A stretch of 61,610 nt of DNA, filler included, from Circinaria calcarea (lineage: Eukaryota), in the NCBI GenBank assembly GCA_051942165.1. It is 7 parts of 7 records of this genome, joined end to end, with 100 filler letters (N's around TTAATTAATTAA, not from the genome) between each part and the next. Parts side by side here need not be neighbours in the genome. Positions count along the whole stretch, not along the records: positions 17,644 to 26,361 come from JAVECS010001061.1; positions 26,462 to 35,175 come from JAVECS010001062.1; positions 35,276 to 43,988 come from JAVECS010001063.1; 4 more parts are not named here. One strand, 5' to 3'. The position numbers and the translations under genes are program-made. The first letter of the stretch is position 1, and every line of letters starts with the position of its first letter. The notes beneath the pieces are model-generated. The model had not been told where the DNA came from, did no database searches, and was given only the letters and a program-made list of their open reading frames with translations. Positions 24,217-36,727 of this stretch are shown here, in pieces.

Positions 24217-25593
24217 ATGCGCTGGCGGTATATCAGTACCATTCTTCGCAGTCGCTTGTCATCTTCAAAGCAAGAGATAAGTTATCAGAGGGTGTGCTAC
24301 AGGCAGCGGATCTTCTTCTTTTCCTCATCGAGTCCAGACAATACCAACAACAAAATTGCCGAAGAAACTGCTTTTCATAACACCTGGGAATTTACAACTC
24401 ATAAAAATCAAACCTCCCTTAGACCATCGCCAATGTTTCTAATTCAGAATGCTCTGTTTGAAGATCAAGCTAGCCGTGAGACACGACTGATAAAGGGGGC
24501 TAAGGATCAGGAATTGTCCTCCGATGCAGGTCATGATTTCTCGGATTTACTCGACGTCAAGAGGTTCGAACTTACAAAAGGAACCCCCCTGGAGAGATTA
24601 ATGCCTCGACTCAAGCGCATTCGGATTATCGTCAACGAGAAGCTTTTGACACGCGACGATGGTTTTCGATTTGTGGCTGCCTTTCCGACCTTCGTTGAAG
24701 CCTTGACCTCCTATCAAACCAAAAATACCTATGGATTGGTCCTGCGTACTTTCAATGCCGCCTTGTCTCGCCTACAGAGGTTACACATACCAATCACCAG
24801 CAATATTATTGTCAAAGGTATTATATCTGCAATCAGGGCAAAGTCTTTGGCAGCTCTGAGCTACTACTTCAACCTATTCGTATCCAGGAGCCGCGAACTT
24901 GACACCGACGAGTCCCGAGATATTCTAAGGAGTCTCCGGCGCTGGATTGCCAGTGTGCCTATTGCTCATCAAGACCTTCGTATCAACCAAGAGTTGTGGC
25001 GGATTCTGACCGGACTCACGGATAACCATTACGTAACTTACGGCAGAGCCAGACAACCGTGTTTGTATGAGTTTATGAAAAGGGATGATCCTGAAACCTG
25101 GTCAGAATATGTCTCTATCATCGCCCGATTAGGAGGTGGGGATGCCATATGGAAGGAGTGGCACCGCATCAAGGTCGAATCACCATTTATGCTGATCCGT
25201 AAAAACATCGATGTAAAGCAAAGGGCCGAAAGTGAATTGGCCAGAGCCATCATTGATAGATTCGCTCAAAGTTTATTAAAGGCCAAACAACCCAAGCGAG
25301 CCTGGCAATTGGTCCAAGATTTTGATTTCGACCCTCAAATGCTATCAAACCCAACTTGGACTGAGCTCTTTGATTATTCACAGTACATTGACAAGTGGGA
25401 ACCCGGTATGTCGGAACTAATCCTGCGGATATTTGAGGAGCATCTTGAAACCCTTGAAGGATATATGGGCATCCGATGGTCTGGAGGTGAGGATGGCTGC
25501 CATCTATTATCGGAAAGAGAAACAGTTGAAGACTTAGAGATGGCTGAGGATAACCAACCCTTCCACCGTTTCCTGAACGCTAAGGATAGCTGA
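24217..25593 (+). CDS. hypothetical alpha-helical protein, probably mitochondrial
   Basis: Long intronless ORF with an Arg/Ser-rich presequence-like N-terminus (MRWRYISTILRSRLSSSK); start could also be ATG 24172. Confidence 0.65.
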   Translation: MRWRYISTILRSRLSSSKQEISYQRVCYRQRIFFFSSSSPDNTNNKIAEETAFHNTWEFTTHKNQTSLRPSPMFLIQNALFEDQASRETRLIKGAKDQELSSDAGHDFSDLLDVKRFELTKGTPLERLMPRLKRIRIIVNEKLLTRDDGFRFVAAFPTFVEALTSYQTKNTYGLVLRTFNAALSRLQRLHIPITSNIIVKGIISAIRAKSLAALSYYFNLFVSRSRELDTDESRDILRSLRRWIASVPIAHQDLRINQELWRILTGLTDNHYVTYGRARQPCLYEFMKRDDPETWSEYVSIIARLGGGDAIWKEWHRIKVESPFMLIRKNIDVKQRAESELARAIIDRFAQSLLKAKQPKRAWQLVQDFDFDPQMLSNPTWTELFDYSQYIDKWEPGMSELILRIFEEHLETLEGYMGIRWSGGEDGCHLLSERETVEDLEMAEDNQPFHRFLNAKDS

Positions 25594-26361
25594 GGCATCT
25601 AGGGGTACCTTGCTTTATGCTTGACGTGCCCCTGCATTGCCGGTTCTTGGATGGTTGATCGAAAGACTCATAGTATTTGTGGCATAAGCAAGCAGAAGTA
25701 CCTTTCTTAGAAACATGCTATTCGTACCTGAAGAATCTTTTAACGCTATGATGTCGGAGTAGAAAAGGTGAATCGAATCTCCCGTTCAAGCCTTGTCATG
25801 GCTAAGTGCACTCATGGGTCTCTCTCACTCTTTCTCTCTCACACACACAAAAACAAGGGGGGGATGGGGATGGGGATGGGGGGATTTTCTCCGTAGAGGA
25901 AAAGGAGGGAAGGGAAGGCAAGTTAAGGTACTCCGTGGGGCAAGAGGAAGAGGTAAAAAGAAGGAAAAAAGTAAAGAGAAATATATATGGTCTGTTGCGG
26001 GACGAGAAGGGAAAGGAAGATACGTTTGAGAAGTTTTCCTTTTCCCTTTCTCTTTCTTTCCTTTTCTCCTTTTCCCGCAGACTCGAGAGTCTCTTTTGGT
26101 TCTTTATGAATAACGGATGGCGAGGTCGAGGTTCGAGGTCGAGTTGGTATGGATGAATTGAATTTGGTGTGCTACGGATGGATGAATAAATAAATAAAAC
26201 TTATGGGAAGCCAGGAATGGGATATAATTATAGTTCCGGTTTTGGTTTTGGTCTGTGGTTTGTGGTTTGGGGGGGTGCCCCTTTGAAAAAAGTTCTTTAG
26301 CTCTGAGAATTTTCATCATCATCATCATTATTTTTATGGGGGGGGTGGGTAGTTTAGGTTG

Positions 26362-26461
26362 NNNNNNNNNNNNNNNNNNNNNNNNNNNNNNNNNNNNNNN
26401 NNNNNTTAATTAATTAANNNNNNNNNNNNNNNNNNNNNNNNNNNNNNNNNNNNNNNNNNNN
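26362..26461. other. artificial contig spacer
   Basis: N44-TTAATTAATTAA-N44. Confidence 0.99.
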
Positions 26462-28171
26462 CCCCCCCACAAGAATCCAAGGTGTGAGCATAACTAAGTG
26501 ATTTCTTTTCAGCAAGCCGCGGCATTGGAAGGGATTGCTTCAACCAGCTGTGAAGCGGACATCGTATGCATCTGTTCGAATAGCAACTTTCTTAGCTTGC
26601 TGGAAGTCGCCATCAAACAGAGTTGCGGTCCAGCCGATGTGCAGAGTAAGCTAACTTCTTTACTGGAACTACATTCTTGTATTGTTCATACTCTCCCTTG
26701 ACAACCCCCTTTTCTTCTCTTCGGATCTGAGAGACGACTTACTAAAGATACTGTCATTACAGAGATTCTTGATTCTGCCAAGCAGCTCTGTACTTCTGCT
26801 ATACCTAGCTTAAAGGACAGCCGGCAATCACAAATCAATGCTATTATAGCCATATTCTTGACATTAGCAACGACGTCTGTGATCTTACGCCTTGTATCAC
26901 GAAATATATCCAAAGTCAAATTATGGTGGGACGATTATTTGATCATAGTTGCGCTGGTCATAAGCTCCTTTGAAGGCCCTCGGGCATAATGACTAATTCT
27001 TATTCAGATCTTTGTGATTGGTGAAGATGCAAACGTCTTTGCAGGTAAGTTGTCGAACTTCCGGCTGATTGGTTTCATTTTACCTTAAATCGCTGAGCCC
27101 GTCGCTGACCATGTTGCAATGGTTTAGTTGTCCATTTCGGATTTGGTAAACATATCATCGTCCTCAGTGTCCCACAAATTATAGCTTTTACCAAGGTGGC
27201 GATATTTTCCTGTCTAACTCGTTGAAGCATTACTAACCATCCAATGTCCTCAGACCTTTTGGGTAATCCAGATGCTTTTTGGACTTTCGCTTACTTGTAC
27301 CAAACTATCTATCCTCTTCTTCTATCACCGTATATTTCCGTCCCGTCGATTCGCCATTATTTCAATCATCACTGGCTGCGTAATGATTGCATGGTTGCTG
27401 AGCTTAGTCATTACTGTTGTGTTTACCTGTTCCCCGGTGAGGTTTCTCTGGGACAAGTCGATTCCGAATGGACATTGCCTTAACCAAAACGCGATATTAT
27501 ATGGGATGACTGGTGCCAACATCATCACGGACTTCATTGTATTATGTCTTCCTATCCCACCGCTTTCACGCCTTCAGATGCCACTTTCCCGAAAGCTGAA
27601 CCTCGTTGGGATGTTCGTTATTGGTGCCTTGTGAGTAACTTTGTGATTTACCCAGTGAGCTATTCCGAGTTCAAGCTCAAGTTTTGCTGCTGGGTAGCGT
27701 TTGTATCGCTGGCGTTGTCCGTATCCCACTACTGGTTCAGGTAGATCAGACCGATGTAACATGTAAGTAAACTCTGTCGCTAAGCTATTTTCTAAACCGA
27801 TCATCTTCTTAGGGACGATTGTCAATGCCGGCATATGGATCAACGTGGAGTCCAATATCGGTATAGTCTGTGCTTGTCTCCCCACCTTTCGGCCTCTCGT
27901 TCGCGCACTACGCCCTCGTAAAATTCGATCTAAGAACGGGCAAGATCAGCCGCTTAGACCCTTCAACGGTGACTGTACATCAAAGACGTGGAACGGGATT
28001 GCAGCGAAGTCAGCCAATTACGAAGGTGATACCGTTACTGATGGAGTCAGCGCGCCGGCGAGTAGGACATGGTATTCAGTAACTTCGAAGAATTCTACGG
28101 GCGAAGACCAAGTTGAGGAGCTGAGGAGCTTGGCAGACTTGACACCAGCAAGGGGACATAGCAATGTCTGA
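26462..28171 (+). CDS. CFEM-domain Pth11-like GPCR, 5' end lost at gap
   Basis: CFEM cysteines (SCEADIVCICSNSNF…QSCGPAD…LC), then VILRLVSR…LWWDDYL, TKLSILFFYHRIF, CSPVRFLWD, NIITDFIVLCLPIP, ESNIGIVCACLPTFRPL; several GT-AG introns. Confidence 0.9.
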
Positions 28172-29824
28172 CCCTTGGGGATGGTGTACATGTAGGTGCA
28201 CGGCCTTGCTCATGTGCTCAAGGCTTACCTATAGAAAGGTTTGCGCCAGATAAGGGGTATTGAGGCATACTTACCCTTAGAACTTGCGAACGGTGGAGAG
28301 TTGTGACAGTAAACCTTGAACATCCTTTACTGCGTACAGTCGATGGGACTTGACAGCATACGCTATAGATAACTAGTTACTAGGGTCTTGTCGGAATGGT
28401 CAATAGCTGCAACCAGCAGAAACAGCCGCAGAAAATGACATTTACTTCTTTGTAAGTATATACTTGGCTCACCACTTCCAGTACTACGCACCGAAAAAGA
28501 TACTTCAGGCCAATTAGGTGTTTAACGTTTCTCATATCAGCTATAGTTTACCACCACCATCTTCTGAAACACACCAGGCACGACATGGGAACCTTAGTCT
28601 TATTATTCATAGCCAACGCAGTTGAATATATAAGAAATTCGAGCTTTTGTTGAAAAATACAGTCGCCTGTGGCAACTCCTGAAAATTGCGCAACCATCCT
28701 CATCCTTTTTACCCTTTAAGACCGTATACGCTGCTTTTCCGAATAAGAGGTCCTAACTGAACCTGTTTCTATCACGATGAGGCGGATAAAGAATCCACAC
28801 TTCAAAGGGCTCCACAACCACATCCAGTCCGGATGGTCAGCATTCGCGTAGCATTTGATGGATGGGACCCTCTGCATCGACGGTTGAACTTTGATGGGAG
28901 AATGATCTCACAGCGGAGAACGAGATAACTAGTATGTATTGCAAGCTCGTCACGAATGCATGCCCATGTTGCAGACGTCTTTCTTTCTTGTAAAGTAGCC
29001 ATTGGTAGTGACGACACGCCACCCGGAGCATCGGGCTTGAGGACGGACAGTTATGGCTGAACTTCCTCCTTTCAAGGACCCCCTCAGACCCTATTGAGAC
29101 CCCTACGGAGAGGCCGGAAAGACTAAGGGAGATAATACAAAAGTTTAGGGGACTGTAGATCTAGAGTCAAAGTACCAGTAATACACTTTTATTCAAGGCC
29201 GAATTAAATGTTCCCATCGCTCTCCGTGTCCCGTTGAATTGACATTGGTGAGGGACGACGAATCGACGAGAGAACTCAACTGCACGGACAGGCTATGTTC
29301 ACGTGAGGATATACGTCATGATAGGCTAACTGGAAGATTCTACCGTGTACGGTATTCCTCATCGACAGCAGAACGCAATTCCGCTGGACCGACAAAAGCC
29401 AGCCGTGCAAGTGAATGAGCCTCCAATAAGTTTACTGTCCGCCCACACAGCAGAAGCAATCATTGGCCTTGGGACTGACGATAACAAAACGCTTTTGCAG
29501 CATCTCTGCAGCAACTTTGCAGCGCCAACCCCCGGCCGAGTCGCATGTTTCGCTCAAGTGCTCGGAAGTATCAGACTTTAGCCTTTGGCGCCAACTGGTT
29601 TTAATCCAACATCCCGCATGAGAATCCACCGACCTTCCTGTCCCACTGTTTCGTTTGTTGGCTTCCACCACGCTGGCAATATAACGATATATCGCGCAAC
29701 TGCCTCACGTCAACTCGACTTTCCACTTCGATCCTACCTTCGCGCCTGGTGCGTCTTTTCGATTCAGCTGGACTGTGTCCAGGTGTAAGCCGGCCTCTGC
29801 CATCAGGGACCCTTGCGACGCAAG

Positions 29825-31913
29825 ATGGCATATGATCCTTATCGACATGCACCAGACGAGCCACACTTCGATGAATACCACGATCCCCGAATGCAATACA
29901 CCGCAGCTTACATTCATGCCGCCCAGAACGAGGCATATAAATCACACTCGCGACAATCCTCTCGAGATCGGGGTGATGCAGCGGTGCCCGATCGGATAAG
30001 ACAACCTCAGCCTCAACAACCTATCGGCGATGCTGTCAGCTCCGCTCTCGATAAAGCAGACCCCTCGAACCCACTACATCCCGATGTCTTGGCACAGATC
30101 ACTGAGAATGTAATAAAGCAGTTAAGGACTTCGACTATGGACATCAATACCCCTGTCCAGTCATTGCATTCTCAGTACCCTCCGCCTCCCTCACAGCCCA
30201 GCCAACCTGTACCGCATTCACCTTCGACGCAGTCAGCTACCTCACCGCCAATGCCGACAAGGAATGTCTATACCCCGCCTTCGCCTCATAAGCATTTTGA
30301 CCATCCGACCTACGGGACTCCAGATCCCCGACCTCCAAGTCCCCGCGAGCCGTCCAATTCCACATTCGAAGATCGAAGGCCGGCATCGCGGCTAAGTCAG
30401 AGCAGTGATCCTAGCAATACTCGACCCAAAGGACCTATCAGATTGTGTACTGCGCGAGAGGAAACAACGCTGGAAAAGATATGGGGACAGCTATTCTATG
30501 AGACTGGTGAACCTACCGAAAGGCTTGGCCAATTCCTAAGAGGTCTTGCGGTACATCTGGTAAGTTTCCTTTGCCGGAAATATTTTGCGTTTTTACATTT
30601 CGAAGTTAACACAAGCTTCTAGATTGAGTGTTATGAGCCAAAGAACAGTCTAGTTGTCACTCCAGTTAAGATGGTGAAGTATTACGAGGACACAAGGCTA
30701 TCAAATGAGCTCTATCCCTGGTCCGGTATGTGGAGTCTGCTCCAGAAATGACCAGCATGGAACTGACTCGTCATGGGTAGATGTTTTTGATGATGAGCAT
30801 TCTTCCATCTCTAGAATGTATCGAGATCTGATGTGTCAGCATCATCTCGTTCAGGAACGTCATGATCAGCGCCCTGATATACCTGGATTGACCCCTATCG
30901 GCTTTGAGAAGTGGGCAACGCAATTGATTCGGGCTCACCCGAATGAGGAATTTCAGAGACTGCAGAAAACTGTGCTCGAAATGCCGATTAGCAATCCCGA
31001 CGACAAAAAAGAGCGTTTTCCCAAAGAGCTCTCGCGAAGACTCTTCCCAGATTCCGCTCATCACGAGATTCGCGACTCCCTGCAGAAGACCATAGCTGAG
31101 CATGCTGGCGTCAAATTGCCCAAACAAGCCAATGTAGATGCAACAAAAACTCCCCTGGCCGAACCACCCCCACGTCGTTCGGAAAACAGCACAGATTCCG
31201 AGCCGACTTATGTGCCTTCGGATATTGAGCGCGAATACGGTTATCTGCCCAACCCAAGCATTGAGCGCGAACGGAAACCGTACTCGAACATACCATCAGA
31301 ATCTGCCATTGACGACACAAACCCTCCTGCCTCCCAGCCACAACCAATCGAGAGACAGCGGAAGCCATATCGTGTTCCAGGTGGTGGTAGTGGTGGAAAG
31401 CTATATGAAGAAGACGGGAAAGTCAGTGTGCCGAATCAAGCTCAAAGGTCGAACTCAACCACGGAGCGAATGCGAGCCATGCCCAAGCCTACGGGAGATG
31501 TACCGAAGCCTGAAGTCTTACACCATCACCGAGGGTCCATGAGTCAACGGCGTCGTCAGAGCCCGGCAGGTAATGATTTCAGACGTTCCGATGGGGATCT
31601 CCGCCCATTCCAATCTTCGGCCCATCGACAACCAACTTTAGCTCCGGGGGAATCTTACGAGGATGACAGCCAAAGACATGGGCGGGAAGCGGATATCAGA
31701 CGAGCTGAATATGCTCGACGACAGGCCGATGAGGATGTTAATAGCTACGGCGGGAGTCCGAGCTCTCGCGCTCGCTACGACCCCCGGTTTGACAGTGTTG
31801 ATCCTCGGAGGGGCATGCCAGCAAACGATGAGGACTATTATCGGGGAGGAGGAAGGTCGCAGGGAAACGGATATGATTACTCGCAGCCATATGGCGGATC
31901 GATGTACAGATGA
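29825..31913 (+). CDS. conserved fungal hypothetical protein (Pro-rich flanks, DUF7514-like core)
   Basis: ATG 29825; core ETTLEKIWGQLF…RLGQFLRGLAVHL|IECYEPKNSLVVTP…|PDIPGLTPIGFEKW…HPNEEFQRL…ERFPKELSRRLFP; introns at about 30560-30622 and 30727-30780. Confidence 0.75.
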
Positions 31914-33475
31914 GGAGGGTGGTGGCGATGGCAGAAATTGTATTTGACGACGACGGTGTTTGTTCGCCATGATAACTTTGCCGGATGAGAAAGACATTGC
32001 AGGGCAGGCGCAGGTCTTCATCTCCTGCACTTCGCTGCTGTTGTATTCATAGGAAGACTTTGGAGGATTACTTTGGTAGCATACTTTTGCTTTACGAATT
32101 ACGATACCTTTTGCAAATACTGGAGGATGAGATACCCAAGGTACTTACTTACTTTCCCCTGGTCACAACTTCTCGAGACACAGTGAGACGGTGATGTGCT
32201 CATGCTGGAAAATCCCACGCGTACCTACCAGTCGCTGCTGTTTCGTCGAGACTGGCGAAACAGGATTGATTGGTGGCAGTGCCCTATGACGTCGGAACTC
32301 TCTAGCCCCCCCAAAGCGCCCCGGAATGTAGCCTTAATCTACTGTATGCTGCAGACCGCGGTTGTACTCCGTACGAGTAGGTAGAAAGTGAATCAAATCT
32401 ATAGATTCTGCGATGAGCTTCGCGCTGTGATGGAAAGTAGTTGGAAGGGGAGGGTGCGAGTCCGGAGGGGTGATGACGACAACGGGTGATTTCGCATGTG
32501 AAAACAGGGGGGCTTTGATCCAGATTGTGTCCAATCAGCGCAATCACGAGCCACTTCCGCCACTTCCGCCACATTGAACAAGCCCTACGGTAGCCCGGAT
32601 TTCTGCATGACGGTAGGAATAAGAACAGCGCGACGGCCGCAGTTTTTTGGAGGAGACGGGCACCACAAGCGACCACCTGCCACCTGGGCGTTTACCCTTG
32701 TGGTGCCCCCTTGCTCCACACGCTCTCTCTCTTTTTTTGGGTACGCGCCTGGAGATATCGGTCAATCACTACTCATGGCCAGAACGCGTCAAATTGTCCG
32801 GGCGCGTACCCACGAGTAGGTAAACGGTACGAGTGGCAAGCCGAGCTCAGGCAAGAACGCATCGGCCTTGTCCTTTCCATCCAGATATAGCCATGTCTGG
32901 GACATGGGAAAGGAAAGGTACGAGGGGACAATGTTCGACCATGGCGGGCGGAAACTTCAGACAAAGAAGTGACTGGTCCATAGAATCCATGGAGACACCT
33001 TCTCATTGATCCGTGGGCGCTTACGGCCTGACCATTGGCCAGTCAATCGTCAGGAAATCAATTCAGTCGCTCTTTGATATCGTGACTTTTTGAAACCGCT
33101 CAACGACTGGGCTCCCCGATGTTTCAACCAGAAGCTTCAATATCGCGTGGGCAAGAATGGCCATGGATTGACTGGTAAGTGAACTGTTGCTATTGTTAGC
33201 ATGTTTGGCGACGGGGCGTATTCATTCTGTTCCATTGTTCCTTTGTTGATTGACTTTTCTTATTCACTGCCTCTCTGCCTCTGCGTCACCCCCGTCTTGC
33301 TCATTCTTTTGTTCTTCCTCTTCTTCTCTACCTCTTCGTCTCTCTTCCATATTCCGACCCTCTCGTCCTGCATCCATCCTAATCTTTCCGCAACCTTTAC
33401 ATTCTTTTAGATAAACTTTCACTAATCTCTTCCGCTGGACGGATTTAGACAGCATCACACATCCCGGCCATAGAG

Positions 33476-35175
33476 ATGTCTTCCGCAAGGAACCAGTACC
33501 CATCTACCTTCCCGGCTGTGCCTCCGTCTCTCTCCGCTGGCGATCATGGGATGCGAGATTACTACGCCGCACAAGATACACAACGACCTGTACCACACAC
33601 CTTAACAAACGTCACTCCATACCTTGGACTCCGTGCTCGACTATCACAAGTATGGATCAACCGATGGACCATTCTCTTACTTCTCGTCCTTGCTCGGAGC
33701 CTCATCGCCATTACCGGCCTACACCATGACCTTGACTCGGCAAAAACTCAAGCCCTTTCCGCCTGCTCGGGGGTTGAATCAACAGGCAGCGCCCTAGCTT
33801 CCATGCCTCATTACCTGTCACAGGGTGTGAATGAGCTGACAGCCTCGAGCGTCGAAAAGGCCGTCCACGCTCTCATGTCCATGCTCCTGTTGACCGTTAC
33901 AGGCGTCGAGGAGATTGTCGTGTTCTACATCAACATGCTGACCTCCATGTACGTCTGCCTTCTCACTTTTGCAGTCGCCGGGAGTCTCCACGCTGCGATC
34001 AAGGTCACTGAGGAAGTAACCGACTTTCTCAACAAGACCCTAGTGGATATTGGACAAGACTTCATCAAAGATGTTGGCAGCTTTCAGAACGACCTCAATA
34101 AATTCCTTGGAGGGTTAAATAGCATACCGGAAATCTTTGGAAAGAAAGGCAATGTTCCGACCTTGGACATCCAACCGTCCCTGGACAAGCTCAATGATTT
34201 GAAGCTCCCTTCGGACATTGACCAGGGACTATCCAAGCTAAACTCTTCGATCCCCGATTTCGCTCAAGTCAATAACTTCACCAACAGTGTCATCCGTTTT
34301 CCTTTCGAGGAGGTCAAGAAGCTCATCAATGGATCCATTCATTTCGACTTTGACCGATCAGTCCTTCCTATACCGGCAAAGGAGAAACTCACATTCTGCT
34401 CGGACAACAACGGCATCTCTGACTTCTTCGACGGTCTCTCGGATATTGCTACGACGGCCCGGAAGATATTCATCGGCGTTCTCCTTGTTGCTGCAATTCT
34501 AGTATGCGTCCCTATGGCTTATCGTGAGATTCAGCGATGGCGCACCATGCAAGGCAGAGCCGTACTTATCACGCAGCATTCCCATGACCCCATGGACGCC
34601 ATATACATGTCCTCTAGGCCCTACACGAGTACTGCGGGCCTAAAAGTGTCGGGGAGATTTCAAACAACAAGAAGACGGCTCCTGGCTAGATGGGTTGTTG
34701 CCTACGCTACGTCCACCCCAGCTCTCTTCCTGCTTTCGCTTGCCATCGCTGGCCTTTTTTCTTGCCTCTGCCAATATATTCTTTTAAAGGCTGTTGAGAA
34801 AGAAGTTCCTGCGCTCGTCAACCAAGTAGGGGACTTTGCAGGAAAAGTTGTCCACGCGCTCAACAACGCCTCTGAGCAATGGGCTGTTGGCACCAACCAG
34901 GTCATTGTCGCTAAAAACAACGACATCAATCATGACGTTTTTGGCTGGGTCAACACCACCACAGGAGCCCTGAACGCCACTCTTGATACGTTTGTCGACG
35001 GCATGAGCAAGGTTATCAACGACACATTCGGCGGAACCGTCCTCCATGATCCCGTCACCGAGGTCCTCAATTGCCTCATCGGGCTCAAAATTGTTGGCAT
35101 ACAAAAGGCATTGACTTGGGTTTCCGATAACGCCCACGTAGAGTTTCCCCTCCTACCTATGGATACATTTTCCCT
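33476..35175 (+). CDS. PRM1: plasma-membrane fusion protein Prm1, 3' end lost at gap
   Basis: TPYLGLRARLSQVWINRWTILLLLVL, ASMPHY…GVN, CLIGLKI.GIQKALTWV.DNAHV; multiple TM segments. Confidence 0.93.
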
Positions 35176-35275
35176 NNNNNNNNNNNNNNNNNNNNNNNNN
35201 NNNNNNNNNNNNNNNNNNNTTAATTAATTAANNNNNNNNNNNNNNNNNNNNNNNNNNNNNNNNNNNNNNNNNNNN
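35176..35275. other. artificial contig spacer
   Basis: N44-TTAATTAATTAA-N44. Confidence 0.99.
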
Positions 35276-36727
35276 CTCACAACTTTCCTGAGAACGCTTT
35301 TCAGATCTTCCGTGAGGCTTCTCAATTCTGCTGAAAGAAAATAAGAAAGGGCGTCAACGCCAAAGCACACCTCCTTTTCGGGATCCTCATTGTCATCAAG
35401 ATTATCGCGAATGAGGCAGATGTAGAGATTTCGGTCGTCGTCATCATCGGGAACATGCCGGGTCTGCCAAGGCATATCAATATAGATGTCCCTGTTCCGA
35501 TTGCACACATTGTCTAGGATGTCGACTAGCACACCGGCAGCTTCTGCTTTGGTTGAGGCATTTAATGGAGCACGGTCATGCATGTATTCGACGACCTTCT
35601 CGACAATCCAATGTAAGTTACCGGCGCACCGTTCCACAAAACGCTCATCATAGGTGGGTCCAGATTCAGCATAACGGTCAAAACGGCGGAAGATCCCTTG
35701 TGCCTTCCTTTGCAGCTTTCGAAACACCTGAACAGCGCAAAAGTCTTTGTTCAAGGCCCCACGAAGTTGCTGGCGAAATACTGGATCATGACGCGCTAAT
35801 GCAAAGATTGTCGCAGGCAAGTTACCGGGATCGACTGTGTCCTCGGAAGATTCAAAGGATGGGGGAAGATTTCCGATAAAGTCAGCACCATAATTTTCAG
35901 GCAGTTTGTCTGGGTCGAAGACGGAAAGCATCTCTTGGAGGGTTTTGATGATTTCCCCTGGATCCTCACTCGGCAATTCATCTTCACTTGAACTTTCATC
36001 AGGGTCTGAAAACGTCTCTCCCGCTTGACCTGTGCTAAGGCGGTCACGAAAATTCTCGTCATGTAGACGCTTCCCAATCTCATAGTAGAGGTCAGTCATC
36101 GTAGTTAATACAGTGGCCTCTGTTACGGTGTGTATGGAGGAAGTTGATAAACGGGCCAATACTGCATTCAGGCCATCATACAACCACTTGGAGGAGTTAG
36201 TGATGCAAGCTGGGTAATCTGAGGAGACAACTCACGTATTGATGTTTGCAAACAGATCCCGTCTGCATGTAATCGCTACAAGTACATTTAACCGTGGAAG
36301 ATCCATTTTCAGGTTGGAAGATTCGTATACCAAAGTTGTCACCTCGTCTGCGAGTACGTCTAGCTTGCTGTTCTAGCTGTATGCCATGGCAGGACTGCGT
36401 ACCATCTTCCGCAGCCACAACCCGAGATTGGGGAGTTACGACAAACTCTGTGGAGCCAAGGCCTTCGGCAGCACGATCAGCCTTGTCCCTTGGCAACTGT
36501 CGTACATCGTACATCAGGCCGGAATGACCTCGAACTGTTGTGTGACTTGTCGAAGGTCCAGCATCTGACTCAATGCTTTGCACAAGCCCAGGATTTCCAG
36601 TAGCCTGACTCCCTTGTTGCAGTGCTCTTTGATTCCCTGGCCGTCTGCTCTGTCGACCTTGGGAACCTGTCGTCGACGCCATTGGTCCCATGGAAAGACT
36701 TTCAAGTCCTCGGATAGGGTTCGACAT
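35276..36727 (-). CDS. SWIM-type zinc-finger protein, 3' end lost at gap
   Basis: CxC-x8-CxH motif VKCTCSDYMQTGSVCKHQY|WLYD across an intron (about 36190-36236), followed by a long helical exon. Confidence 0.8.

Noticed and set aside
25800..26361. Purine/pyrimidine-skewed low-complexity tracts (also about 17390-17543, 43200-43988, 60600-60960)
   Set aside because: Located at or near contig ends and resembling degraded read tails; the ORFs there are compositional artefacts.
9032..28171. Two Pth11-like GPCRs as a receptor cluster or as receptors for the peptide
   Set aside because: Different contigs; it is a large, common family.
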